The notes under the pieces are model-generated. The model worked only from the letters and a program-made list of their open reading frames with translations, was not told the DNA's origin and did no database searches. 64,000 bases of DNA from positions 16,244,001-16,308,000 of the forward strand of contig OZ316775.1 of the NCBI GenBank assembly GCA_973851085.1, given 5' to 3'. This stretch comes from Ptychomitrium polyphyllum (Eukaryota). The position numbers and the translations under genes are program-made. This document shows, piece after piece, positions 49,583-62,400 of this stretch; within the stretch, counting starts at the first letter, position 1, and every line of letters begins with the position of its first letter.

Positions 49583-52180
49583 CGCTGCGGAGACGGAGAC
49601 GACGCCGAAGTAGAAACCCAATTCAATGGCAAGCTTCCGACATTGTAACCTTGCGCGTTTCTCAAAGTACCCGCTGGATATTACCAGGTATCGATTCAGT
49701 ATTAGACAAGTATCGTCTAGGTATCTAATGATGGCGTGTATATGATGAAAACCTTATGATGTGAAGATATTCAAGGAATGCCTAAAGAATGTTCAAAAAT
49801 TCCAAACCGAAATATTTTATACATAGGTGGTATCCAGGTATAATCGTTGATCCCCTGTGACACCATGTTGATACCTTCTTACACATCTGTGATCTCTAGG
49901 TGATAATCAGGTCGTAGACGAATGACTTACCATACATGGTAGAAGGGCCCTGCACCCTGAATCTAATTCTGGTCGTGACTTGTTGTGGAATCTCTGCGAG
50001 ACGAGTTGATAGCACAAGGAGTCTCGGCCCGTAACTGGCTGTGTATCCTTAGGGTATCTCCTTGGTACAGCGTTAGTGTCAGATTAGTATTACCGAGGTA
50101 TCAGTTGAAAACGTGCGTAGGGAACTCTTGTGGGCCGTTACTGACTCTTTGAGAAGCTTGCTTTAAGCACATGCATTCCTAAGTGAAAGTTGAAGAGAGT
50201 TTGTTTGACAACAATTGCTTAAGGCAGACATTGAAAACAAAGTTTATCTGTTTATTAAAGTGGAGGAGCACCAACTTATCCACAAATGGTCTACATGTTT
50301 TATTCTATAATTTTGAATGTATTTAGTTTCATATCTGAGACCATAATACTTTCAACTTCAACTATTTATTACAATTTTTTGAAATATAAAATTTTATTTA
50401 TTCTTTAAGAAGCCAAAAAATAATTCTTGCACTTCATTTATATTTTTTAAGAAAAACATAAAAGATACCAAAACAAAGCAAAACCACAACAATATTTATA
50501 ATTAAAATGTAACTATTAAGGAATATGCATTATATTTGCTACCAATTATTTGTAAAAATTTTGATTTAAAAAACACCTACATCTTGAAGTGTACTTGGTG
50601 AAATTATTATTGATAACATGTACAAACAATTAATTTAACAAATATTAAGAAATAAATTAATAATTCCATATATTTTTTAGAAATTTCATTTATATTGGAA
50701 ATTCCAATTAGTATAAAAGTAATTATATATTTTTGACACACTTCATATAGTTTTTTTTATATTCATTTATGTCATTTAACACAATTTTTTTATATTAATT
50801 AATTAAAAAAAAATACAATCATAAATGAAATTGCAAAGTCCTTTAATCAACAAAAGGAGACATATTTATTGTCATTATGTAGTAATTTTTGTTGCTTCTT
50901 TGACAAATACTTTGAAAGAATATCAAAATTTATTATGCATTCAAATGTATTGTAAATTTAACAATTCATATATATTTTTTAAAACTATTTTGAAACTAAT
51001 AAATTCTTTTATTCTCAAAAATCATTTAAAAATCATCAAACTTTTATTTCATTTATATTATTTTATAAGTTGTTTGGATATAATTATTTAAATGACTTTG
51101 CAACATTGTTTCAATATTGTTCTTTGTTATAGTAAATATAAGCCAATCAAAATATAAATAAATTTCATATTCAATTTATAAACTATTTGAGAGTCTTTTT
51201 GAAATTCATTAAGAAAGTAAATCCTTGTTTTCTACTTAATATTCTTATTTGGATTATAAGCCTTAATTATGAATATAATGAAATAAAGGAGATAATATCA
51301 TGTATTCACTCAAATCACTATAATCTTCATTCACTTAAATTCATAATTTGGACTTGTTTAAATGCTTTCATGTATATTTTTTGTTCAAATTTTTCAGATG
51401 GAAGACATTGATTAGAATGCCATGAGGATTGTTTGAAAAAACATTCTATGAGTAATAAAAGGTTTCATCTTCTTAATTAAATGGTAGTTGAAAACTTTAA
51501 CTTTAAAAAAAAATATGTTTATTAGAAAATACAAGTTCAGTATAAATCACTCCCTTTAATGAATATTATTTTGGTAACCTGCCCAAAAGGTAATTTTGAC
51601 TTGTCCACACACCGGTAAATAATTTTAAGAACGTGTACCTTGAGTCCTTGACATACAATTTTTTCTGGAGGTTATGTTCCAAGGCCACTAAGAAGGACCT
51701 TGTAAGCAAAAACCACCACTAGCAATGCCACCCTGCTGTTGACCTAAATAGGAGGTTTGCATTCGCCGAAGTCTGTTCGCATTCGCCGAAGTCGGTTTGC
51801 ATTCAGCGCATCGTGCATCGCGCAAACAAACAAACACCGGATGACAACGACCAACAGACAAACACAAACGCAAACTCCAACACACAAACACACTCACACT
51901 CGCATGCATACATTGTTCTCATGCGCGCTTTGCCAAGCCAGCCGGAGACGGCAGCCAATTCATCGTCTCCACCACGGTCACGAGCTACCTCGAACTGATT
52001 CTCATCCCGCAGGTGCATTTCGTTCTAGGAAATGTGATCGAGAATGCTCCATTCTTAGGACTACTCGCTCTTTTGCTGTGCGGCTCTCACCGTTGCAGCT
52101 GACATGGTGCCGCTGTGGAAGCTAGGGTTAGCAGGAACTCTGCGTTTGGCAGGGGCTTCGTGTTGTTGAGACGTGAGTTA

Positions 52181-52680
52181 TGGAAGAAGAGATGTGTGCA
52201 TTGGCGGAATAGCTTGGCAGGTTGATTTGCTGGCTTTTGATTGGAGCGTAGATGTAAAGCGGTGATTAATTGAAAACGAGAGCGAATCTTCGATGCAATG
52301 ACACTAGGTGCTTATCTCTACTGTTCTATTGCTGTAGGTGTCGATTTTGCTGAGCCTGCCAAGAAACGCGTTAGGGAAGTGATTGGCGCCACGGTGCCAT
52401 GGCCATTCAAATTGCTTCTTTTGCGAAAACGAGACTTGGCAGGAGCTTCATGTCTTTGAGAAGAGAGTCCTGGAAGAAGAGATGTCCGCATTGGCAGAGT
52501 AGGTTGACATATATTTGCTGGCTTTCGTTGGAACTTAGATGTAGAGTGGGATTGAAATATGAGAGCAAAGCTTTGGTCCTTATCTCGACTGTCACATTGA
52601 TGCAGGTGCTTATTTCTGCTGAACATGCCAAGAAATGTATTAAGAAAGTGATTGGCGCCATGGCCATTCGAAGTTGCTGT
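52181..52680. repeat. Diverged direct duplication (~240 bp and ~210 bp units, 290 bp apart) upstream of the large gene's start codon
   Basis: TGGAAGAAGAGATGT..GCATTGGC starts at both 52181 and 52471, each followed by ATTTGCTGGCTTT, TAGATGTA, AGGTGCTTAT and GCCAAGAAA...AAGTGATTGGCGCCA...TGGCCATTC. Confidence 0.8.
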
Positions 52681-53445
52681 AATGGTTGTACCGCTGGCTT
52701 GGGAATTCTTGCCGAACCGTTTTCGGACTGTTCTGCAAGGGAATTGATTGTTGTCATTAAGTTTCATATTCTTCCGTCGATTGGACTGCATCTTTGTAGG
52801 ATGTGAAGGATTTGGTGGAACTACGAGAGGTATGACAGTTGGAAGTTTGCAGCAAGTGGCGTGGGCGCGTTGTGAGGGGTGCGCTATGAGCGAATTCTCA
52901 CCCGGCGTTTGAGTTCCAAAATCGGCCTGCAAATGCCGCTGTTAGTTCTCTAACTGATTGGTTTTGAATTGCTCATCTTGTAGGAGATTGAAATATTCCT
53001 AGAATTCTTATTATTATTCACTCCTGTTAGGTCTTTCTGTGCATGCGCACTGCAATGGTTCTTTTGTGAATTTACTTCACTGAGTTCGGGTGAATGAGGA
53101 TGATTGATGATTCAAGTGGAAAAACTGTCCCGTTTTAGCTCTAGGCATTAATAAAAGTTTTCATCTTGCGAGGGTTCTCCGATATGTGAACAAAGACATT
53201 TTTGTGGTAGCTCTTTAGCTTGCCTATCGAAGTATATATTCTCTTATACTAAGTGGTTACTAGTTGGTGTGTTAGAGAGTTAAGAATTTCCATTGTTTTC
53301 ATGATCGTAGAACTTTCCAATAGATAGTTGGCACTTGAGTGTTTCTAGCATCAGCTAATTTTCCGAATAAGAGTTGACCTTGTGGACGTCTTAATTCCGT
53401 GAGAACAGAGACGAGGATGGAGAGGGGCAAGGGCAAGGGCTGGCG

Positions 53446-56400
53446 ATGTTGCGACTGGAAGCTCGCAGATACAAGCGAGAAAAGCAACAGATTTGGATGC
53501 AACGTCAGCTTCACGAGCAGAAAAAAACCACTGCTTCCTTTTCTTCTGAGAATTCCTCACGAATTCCTGATAGGTGGAGATTTTCGGAGACCTTTACGAC
53601 ATCTCCAGCTACAAGTGGCACCCCGATATTTTGGAATCGGTCAGTCTGCTTCATTCGGGACATTAATAATGCTGCCGTATGTTGATATATCATGGTACAC
53701 TATATGCTTGTGACCATTCTGGCTCTTACCAGTCACTGGCTTTCTTCTCCTCCAGTTGCTGACCAAGAATGGAATTCGATGTTGTAGTTAGAAGCATCTT
53801 CAAATGCAACATCGCACTTCAGTTACAGTTCCTGCAACATTATTCACGCATTTGAGGATACATTCGGGCAATTTTCCTTGACATCACGTTGATTTACTCT
53901 GTTAGTGCTCTAAGTCACGTGTGATTTTTTGCAACAGGGAGGATGTCGCTGTTTCGCATTTGGAGCAGCTGGCAATTGTGGAGGAAGGAACTCAAACTGA
54001 TACCCCTTCGAAGAGCGAGGTCCACACTGAAACAGAGAAACTGCAGTATGATGCCGCTGTGATTCTAAATACGAAAGAAAGCAGGGCAATGTCCTCAGTA
54101 GCCAACGACCTACCTATGCTAAAAACCTGTAGTAGGCATTGTGACGAACTGATTGGCAGAACATCTCAAGAAGCAGCATGCGAATGCCTTGCTGACGCAG
54201 CAGTTCGTGTCAATGCCGATGTGGTTTTCACAGCAAAACCGAAGCGAGTCGCAGTAGAAGGTCAGGTGGAGACTCCACAATATAACTATTCCAGAGTTTT
54301 TCGCCCAGATGAAAAGGGGACAGTTCCGCAAATATTTACCATTGCAACAAGTCCGACCGGAAGTCTCAATAAGGGCCAGAAAAACACTGACCCCCTTCAG
54401 TACTTTAGAGCTGGGTCGAGGGGCTTGCTCTCCCCTGTGCCTCAACATGACACTGCCTGTTCCCCCATCGATAATCTCCATGCCTATGGGGCTATGTTTA
54501 GAAGCCTTAGAGACTTATCTAAAGATACATCTCCCACAGAAATGTTTTCACGGCAACAAGACAGGCTGGAACCCGAGACGTGTTCGAGTATTCCACCACC
54601 AACTTTTTCATCTCAACTTTCAACACCTCAACCTGAAGTCTCATGTGGTACCCTCATGCTCTTTCGAAATTGTACTATTTGGGTGCAATAATTCATCAAA
54701 TCATATGCATTTCAATGACGGATGTATAATCTAGTATTGAAATTCCACTCGGTGACATCCTAGTCTTGAAAACTGATAGAGGATTCATGGTAAATTTTCG
54801 ATTGCACTCGTTGATTTGGCGGGGGTCCTTTGATTAGCGGCTGTGAGTTTCCAAATACTTGTTGATAAATCTTAGTTTGAGTACTTGAAGATCAATGAAC
54901 AATGAACTGATCGCGACATTTTATTTGAAGCAGGAGGCAAGAAGGCTGGAGATAACACATCAGACATTTTTACTGAGAAAGGTGGAAGCAAACGAATACG
55001 TACAGAATGGACTGGAGAAGGTGCCATGGCTGCCAGGCTGGCAACGAGAATAAAACGCGCTCTGGAGGTTAGTATTCATCTAAAACTTTCTAAGTAACAT
55101 TTATAGGAGACTCCTGTTTTTATTTTCCATCGATACAGCACTAAGCGTGGGTTTGGAGCTTGGAGTTGTAAACGAGAGGTTTGAAAAACGAGGTCATGCA
55201 AGTCTGAGACTTTGATGGATTTCTATCAGATTCGAAATTTCTATCTGATTTATGGTTGGTACTGAGGCTTCAATGGCTTTGAACAACGAAGTCATAGGAA
55301 ACTAACGTCGCGCTCTCGTGTCACGGTTTTTGTGCAGGCAATTGGTGAGAAAGCAGACGCTCGCTCTACGAACTCCACCTTTAGCCTTCCGGGTCGAGCA
55401 ATTCAGAGCATATCAGCTTGTAGATTGCGCCATATAGATGAGTGCTCTGAGATGAAACCCTCTGAAGACGTAGGTGATCGTTTTGGAGGTAGGACTTTGA
55501 ATAATAAAGAAGTAGCGTCAAGTGATAGCAGTCTACCTATAGCATTCCAGCATGCCAAAAGAATACCTGTGAGCTCCTCTCAAAACCATTCCAGCAGTGT
55601 CCCAGGCAGTGATGCAGACGTGTACTTCCAAAACGTTATGGCTGCACTCTCTATTGATCGATGCAATTCAAACAAGTTTTCAGGAAGCTGTACTGCAAGG
55701 GAGGTGAGTCCTGCGCGAGCTGTCAAAAGAGCTGAACGCAGGGCAGAAGCTGCCAGAAGGGCAAATATAAAGTCATTTGGGGATCATCATGCTTCTCACC
55801 AACATGATGAAATAGAAAACTCTGTGAAGAACGATGTTCGCCAATCTGGAAGTAAGAACGTAAGGGAGAAGCAGAGGCGTTTGTTAAATGTGCAAAAACT
55901 TCAAAGTGTTGCTGAAACTGCCAAGAGGCTTTACACTGATCTTGTTGACTGTGCCAATAACGAGCTCAGAGTTTCTACAGATTGTGGAAACCTTGTGGAG
56001 CATCAGGATGGGGACGGTGCTCGAGATGTTTGCAAGTCTGCTAGGCTCATCAATGAAGTTTGCCCTTCAATAGAAAAAACTTCCAACAGTAGAAGGGGTG
56101 TGGCTTTTACAGGCAATGACGAAGTATGTGGAAGGTGTCATGTATGCCAGTCTCAGTTTGTTTCAATGAAGAACCATCGGGAATTTATGGAGGATACAGC
56201 TCCTTCGACTTGCAGAAACAGTCGGCCTTGTGGTATGTGCGATCCTTTATTTATTTCTTTCTCGAACGAACTAGGAATTTCTCCAACTGAATTGTTTCTC
56301 TGACTTGTATGTCGTACATTTTTGCATGGAAACGTTCATGGTCTACCAAATGGCTCACTTAGGGTTAATAGTACACAGGCTATGTGGACGTCCAGAGGGA

Positions 56401-59400
56401 TAATGGATTGCATTTAGTTTAAAAAAACCCTAGCACTTCGATGTATGGTTTCGAAAGATCTCAAATGCTCAAGATGTGGGCTTGAATTAGTTGTGAATTT
56501 AGTGTGCGGCCGGCCAAAAGGTATAGCAGTTGGAGACGTTTTTTGGTGGGTCCGTATGATTGGAGAGGAAAGCATTATTTGGGCTATAAGGCTTATGTTT
56601 CCTCATGATACGTAGTGAATACTCACGTACAATTTTCAGTTTCATCTGAAATGAAAAGTTGTTTGATAACTTTTGCGTGTGATAAACTGCAGACGTTGAG
56701 CAGCCTCGAGAAGAAGCTCAGACCGACACTCTGGATGAAATTACCATTCAGTTATCTGATGACTCGCCAACTAATATCACGTTGTCAAAAAATGATTGCA
56801 CAAATCAACCAGGTTTTAACCTTGAGATTTCCACTCTTTACGAATCTCCAAGTCAAAGAGAACGTTCACCAAACAATCGGGGTGAGGATATTTTCAGACG
56901 AGAAACTGCATCTCAGAAGGATTCATGTAAGCCTGCTATGTGTAGAACTGGCAGTAATCAGCAGGTGAAGAAATACTCCAATAAGTGCCTCTTGGATCCT
57001 CGTTGTGACGGTCCTCGAGATAGTTGCCACATGCCAACACGTGTGAAGTGTCCTCGAGCTAGTACTGTGAGCGGCAGCCAGATTCCTAAGGAAGACTCTA
57101 ATAGGTGCCTCTTGGATCCTTGTTGTAACGGTCCTCGGGATAGTTGCCATATGCCAACACGTTCGAAGTGTTCCGGAGTTAGTACTGTCTGCATCAGCCA
57201 GCCTATGAAAGACTCTAATAGGTGCCTCTTGGATCCTTGTTGTTACGGTCCTCGGGATAGTTGCTATATGCCAACATATGCCAAGAGTTCTCGATCTTCT
57301 TGTGGACCTGGTGGTGACTATCGCCTTAAACGGAACAACGGTACGAAGTTACACAATAAGAAACCTTCTATTCTGTTTCGGTGTCCTGTACATTGTAGGA
57401 GAGGGATGGAGTCTATGAAGTATGGAAAACTTGATAATAATTCCTGTCGTGGGAAGTTACGAAATGCTGTAAAAGTCTACAAAAAAACTCATGATGAGAT
57501 TCCAGGTCATATTATCTTCATTGAGAGAAAACAGAGAAGTCCAGGGAGGCCTTGCAGGGACATGAGCAAGTTTCCAAAAGGTCTTTTGGATGAGAAATCA
57601 AAAGTAGGGTCTCTTACTGAGTCTAGAGACCGTAGAGATTTATGTATGATGCACGATGACATGCGGAGGTCCTCAATGAAAGAAATAGAGAACGCTAATG
57701 GAGCTCACGAAGAAACGGCAGTACCGCTCCATTCTTCGAGTGGAAGAACGGGTCTTAATAACCCCGTGAAAAATATTCGTAGATCATTTCAAGAGCGCTC
57801 TCAAATTGGAGGTGTAAGACATCACCCCCTATTGACAGCAACTGAGAATATCAGAAAGGAGCACTCTTTTGTAGTAAGTAATACGTCTTGTACCATCTCA
57901 TCCACTTTATAAAAGGAAAAAGCATTAGTTTTCTTAAATTATACTGGATTTTCCCGCAGGCTTTTGACGATGTGGAACTGCCCATATGGAGAAACACTGC
58001 TTGGCAAAGCACTTCGATGACTTAAAACATGATCATAAAAGAATTATGCTGCCGACTTGTATATTTCTGTTATACACTAATTTCGTAAAATGCGTTGTTG
58101 TACAGGGAAAAGTATCCAGACAACCTCCAGTGAGTTACATCCGTCTCGATCAAGAACTCTTTTCTTCCAGTTTTAAATTTCAAAAAAGTTTCGTTTATTC
58201 TGTTGTTCAAAGAAAACGGGCCCTGGTCGTCAGTGTGTTGATTGTTTTGGTAGTTAGCCGAACGGCTATCTTTGACCATTAAAGATTAGTGTGTCGATTG
58301 TTCCAGAGTAGTGCGTAAATCCGATCCAGGAGAAATTCCTGGTTCATGCAATAGTTTAAAAAGAAAATACTTGCTATCGACTGGAGTGTCTTTATTGCGT
58401 AAAATTGACGACATAAAATCCAACAGTAAAACGTTTTCTATCGTTAATTATGTTACATTGTCTTCTTTTGGCTCATTTGAAGCAGGGAAGATATATGACT
58501 GGCAATGCGTCTACAGTGTCCAAAGCGTACACACAAACCAGACAACCAGATGAACTGCCATTGGATGATGTGGACCGTGCAGCTGCAGCTGCAGGGCTTG
58601 CTAAGGAGATTGAAGTTATGATTGCAGATCAGCTGGGCAAGTCAAATCGCAGGATCAGAGAATCAAATTATTTGATGTCTCGACGAAAATTCGTAGAAGT
58701 TCAGAATGAATCATATGGACAAACAAACTTGGACTCGGGAATAACAACAGCAGCAAATGCTGTAAAAAAGCTCAAGCCAGTATCGTTGCTTCCCCTTGTC
58801 AAAAGAGATGAAGGAAACCAAAGGGCGACGCCACAAAAGTGGCCAACATCCCGAGCGAAGCTGATGGCTGAGGACGCTATTGAAAATGATTACAATGACC
58901 AAATGCACAAGGTAAAAATCTGGGTGTACATCAGAGTTTTTTAGTCCTTGTACAGCTTTTTGTGTCCGTTTGAAAGCTCAAGCCGAATAAACGGGAGACT
59001 GTAGAGTATCTTTGCTTGGGATGTTGTGCTATTACGCTTTCTTGTGATAATCAGTGACAAATATCTAGTCCTTTGTCGGGCTACCCGGATTTTGCATAGA
59101 CGGCAACTTTGGTTGATTGTATTTTTAATTGTTGAGTGAGTGTTGAGCAGGAATTAGGAGAAATAGTATCAGGTAGAAGACAGCTGTTGCGGCATGAACG
59201 GCCTCACTTCCAAACTCAGTCTTCGTTATTTCTTCGCAAGGTGAACAGAGTTTTTGCATTCTCTAGCTTATAACTGATTTCTGTTGTCATCAAGTACATT
59301 AACGCCATTCTCGAAGTTCTGAGCATTTTTTTCCTTTTATATGGGACATTACACGATCATGCGACGTTCTTTCGCATCTTTAAAGTGTTGTTGCGGTTTG

Positions 59401-62400
59401 ATGCAGACACATTCGTAAGTCTATCGCCATATTTTTTATTGAAATATTTTCTTATTGACATTTCTCTCAGGAGCAGGATGAACACACGTGGTTCTCTTTT
59501 AAGGGAAGAAGCCTCTCTGATTTGAAAGTCCTGGCTAATGCCAATAGCGAGCTAGAACAAACTAGAAGATCTGTGAGGATGCAAAGAAGTGAAGGATCTC
59601 GAAGCTTTTGGGATGAGCCGATCGGCTCTTACACTCCAGGATCCAAGAGATTGCGAAGTACAGCCTCTCCAGCTAGGGATCATAGCAACAAGTTGGTGCG
59701 TTTGAATGTTGGAAAAGCCCGGTCACAAGCTGGCAGTATGAAACAAGATCAGCATCCGGAAGCTTTGACCAAGAGGACGATTTCGTCATTTGGGAGGTGG
59801 AAGACTCCGCCAGAAGACGCTCAAGCCAAGACCACTACCAAGGGAAAAATGTCCACCACGCGGAAGATCAGAACCCCAGCTTGGGTTGAAAGGATGTCTA
59901 AAGCCAAGGATGTGTCCACAAGTCTTCTCCGGCCTTTGCTGCTGACACAATCTAGAAAGGAGACACAATCGATACCGACCCTTCGCAAAAAAGCATCGAG
60001 GCCTCCTGGATTGATGTTTACATCATCAGTAGTATCCAAACAGTTCGGAAAGCACATTCCTGTAGGTAAAACGGTGCAACTAAATCCATTGAGAATACAG
60101 AGGAAGAGTGCTTTTGCACCTGTTCAGTATGACACGAGAACGGGGCGAAAGGTCGTTCACTTCGAAAGGGAACCTGGGGAGCTTTTGCATACAAATCAGG
60201 ACGAATTTCCAAGCTTCAAGTCTTTAAATGAGAAAAATACTAGAATTACAAGGCGTCCTATTGTAAAGATCGGCATGATTCCTTCAGCTGTAGCCAACTC
60301 AGGTAGGTATCATCTCAGAGTGAAAGGCTGGAACGCTGATCCTTTTATCAGAAGCGATATTCCCCACAAACCTGCAGATATTATACGCTACAATCGAAAT
60401 GGTGGTCTGGATGTCCAAGTCCGCAGACTGGATGCAGATGGTAAGCAAAAAACGTTTACAGGCACTTCCGTAGGACAGAGGAATGTACGGCAGGTTACAT
60501 TTGCGGGGATGGTTGTGCACAATTCTCGCAATGAAAGGAGATCGCAGGGCTTAAGAGCTCCACATAGGAGTGATTCTCTGCAGCCTCGGGTAGCAATGAA
60601 GAAGTTGATTACTACCCAGCCTAAAAGGGTCAAAAGTGCTACAAGAAAGCGTCGCAGCTCCTCAGCTACCAAAATACCACTCATGCAAGACCGGGATAAA
60701 ATACACAGGTATGGAGGCGGGGGCGGACAATGGACTTATCACGAAGGATTCTGGACAGAAACGGTCAAAGCTGGGATTGAGAAAGTGTCCCAGGACGATT
60801 CATTACAGTGCCTAATTACCCCTGAGTCCATGTCACAGTTAGGTGCACCAATCTTAGAATTGGAGAGTGCTCAGGACATTAAAAGCAAGAAAGTGGGCGC
60901 AGAAAAAGTTTTGACCACCTTGTCATCAATGTCGGTCAAAAGCGTAGATGACGAATATGAGTCACGCATTGCTGCTGAAAAATTTGCTTTTGAGGGTGAG
61001 GGGGAACATCAAAATCCTGATTTATTTAATAGTCTAGGTTTCTTTGGGCCAAATGGTCTGAAGGGTGGTGGGATCGTTGATCATAATAGTGTTGTAGCTA
61101 TGGAGGGTTTCTTGTGTCCCTCACCACTGAACAAAGAAGACGAGCGAGCAGAATCATGCTCTGAAGTGGAGCTGACAACCATGCCAAAAAAGCAAGTCCG
61201 AGTCAGCAAGATTGCTTTTCCTAATCAGGTTATTGATTGTCATTTGCTTCCTTTTGGTGAAAGTTTATATTTTAAATATATGCATATTGCCATGATAATG
61301 CTATAGATCCCTGATTTCTGCTAGAAATATACGAGTGTATCTTATGTAAACATGTGAACCTCAACTGTTCCCTTACTCTATGTCACTGATAGTGGATTTT
61401 ATGTATCATGGTCAGGAACAATCAAAGCGAGAACCTTCTGTTAACGAATTACGTCGGTCACCTCTTCGACTCCTGGATGAGATATTTCCAGACAGCACAG
61501 AGAATGAAGTATTCGTTAGCATGTTTGATCGTCTGCAAGAATCAACTTCTATCCAGATTGAAGCACAGTCAGTTGAACAATGTCCCGCTTCTGAATGCAT
61601 CACTAGAGAAACTTCTATTGACACACTTTCTCATGAACAAGAAGGGAAGTTAAAGAATATAGAGCTTGAACAAACTTTGATGGATATTGTTCTATATACA
61701 ATTCTGCAAGAAGATTTTTTGCAAGATCAAGAGGCTTTTGCAACTAGGGTAGAGCCAATATCCTTGCCTAATAGCAGGAGGTGCGTACAATGACATACTC
61801 TGAGTCAAAGTTATTAATGCTATTAAAGTCATGAACACTTTAACAGTGTAAAGGGATGTTCAAGTAACATTAACGTTTTGAATTTTTGTTTACTTATCTA
61901 CCCGAATAGCTCATGGTTCACTCTAGTTACTCTTATCATTATGACTGGTATCCGAATAAAATGAGGTTGATCATTCGCATTTTCTATTGCATGTGTTTAA
62001 CATCCGTAGTACCTAACACCAGATTATGCCAGAATCTGACTTTGACAGGTGCCTAGATTGTGTAGGGTGGGAATGCGGGCTGACAAGGAGGTTCAGGCTA
62101 TAGTCAAGTCACACGACATGAGCCAGTCTCCCCTATCCAAAGCAGTACCGTGTGTTGACAGGTCTACAGAACGTGATATTATACCTCATGTGGATAAAGC
62201 GACGGAGCTTGATGTTGTGCCCCATGTTGATATAGCAACAGAGCTTGATAAATCTTCCCTGTTTTCCAAAGATCAGGATAGCCAGACTATGAATGTTGAG
62301 CTTCAGGTCCCAAGCTTTCAGAGACACACAACTCCAACACAGGAAAAGTGCAGTGCAAAGGTTCGATATTTGTGCTCACCGTTGGCTTCATAAAAGGGAT

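Noticed and set aside
49623..49643. Six-codon uORF (MSEACH*) upstream of ECH2
   Set aside because: It is tiny and may lie upstream of the TSS; there is no supporting evidence.
50200..51600. AT-rich block with 88- and 74-aa I/F/K/N-rich ORFs
   Set aside because: The ORFs reflect base composition. I found no TE termini, TSD or protein motifs; this is probably old decayed repeat.
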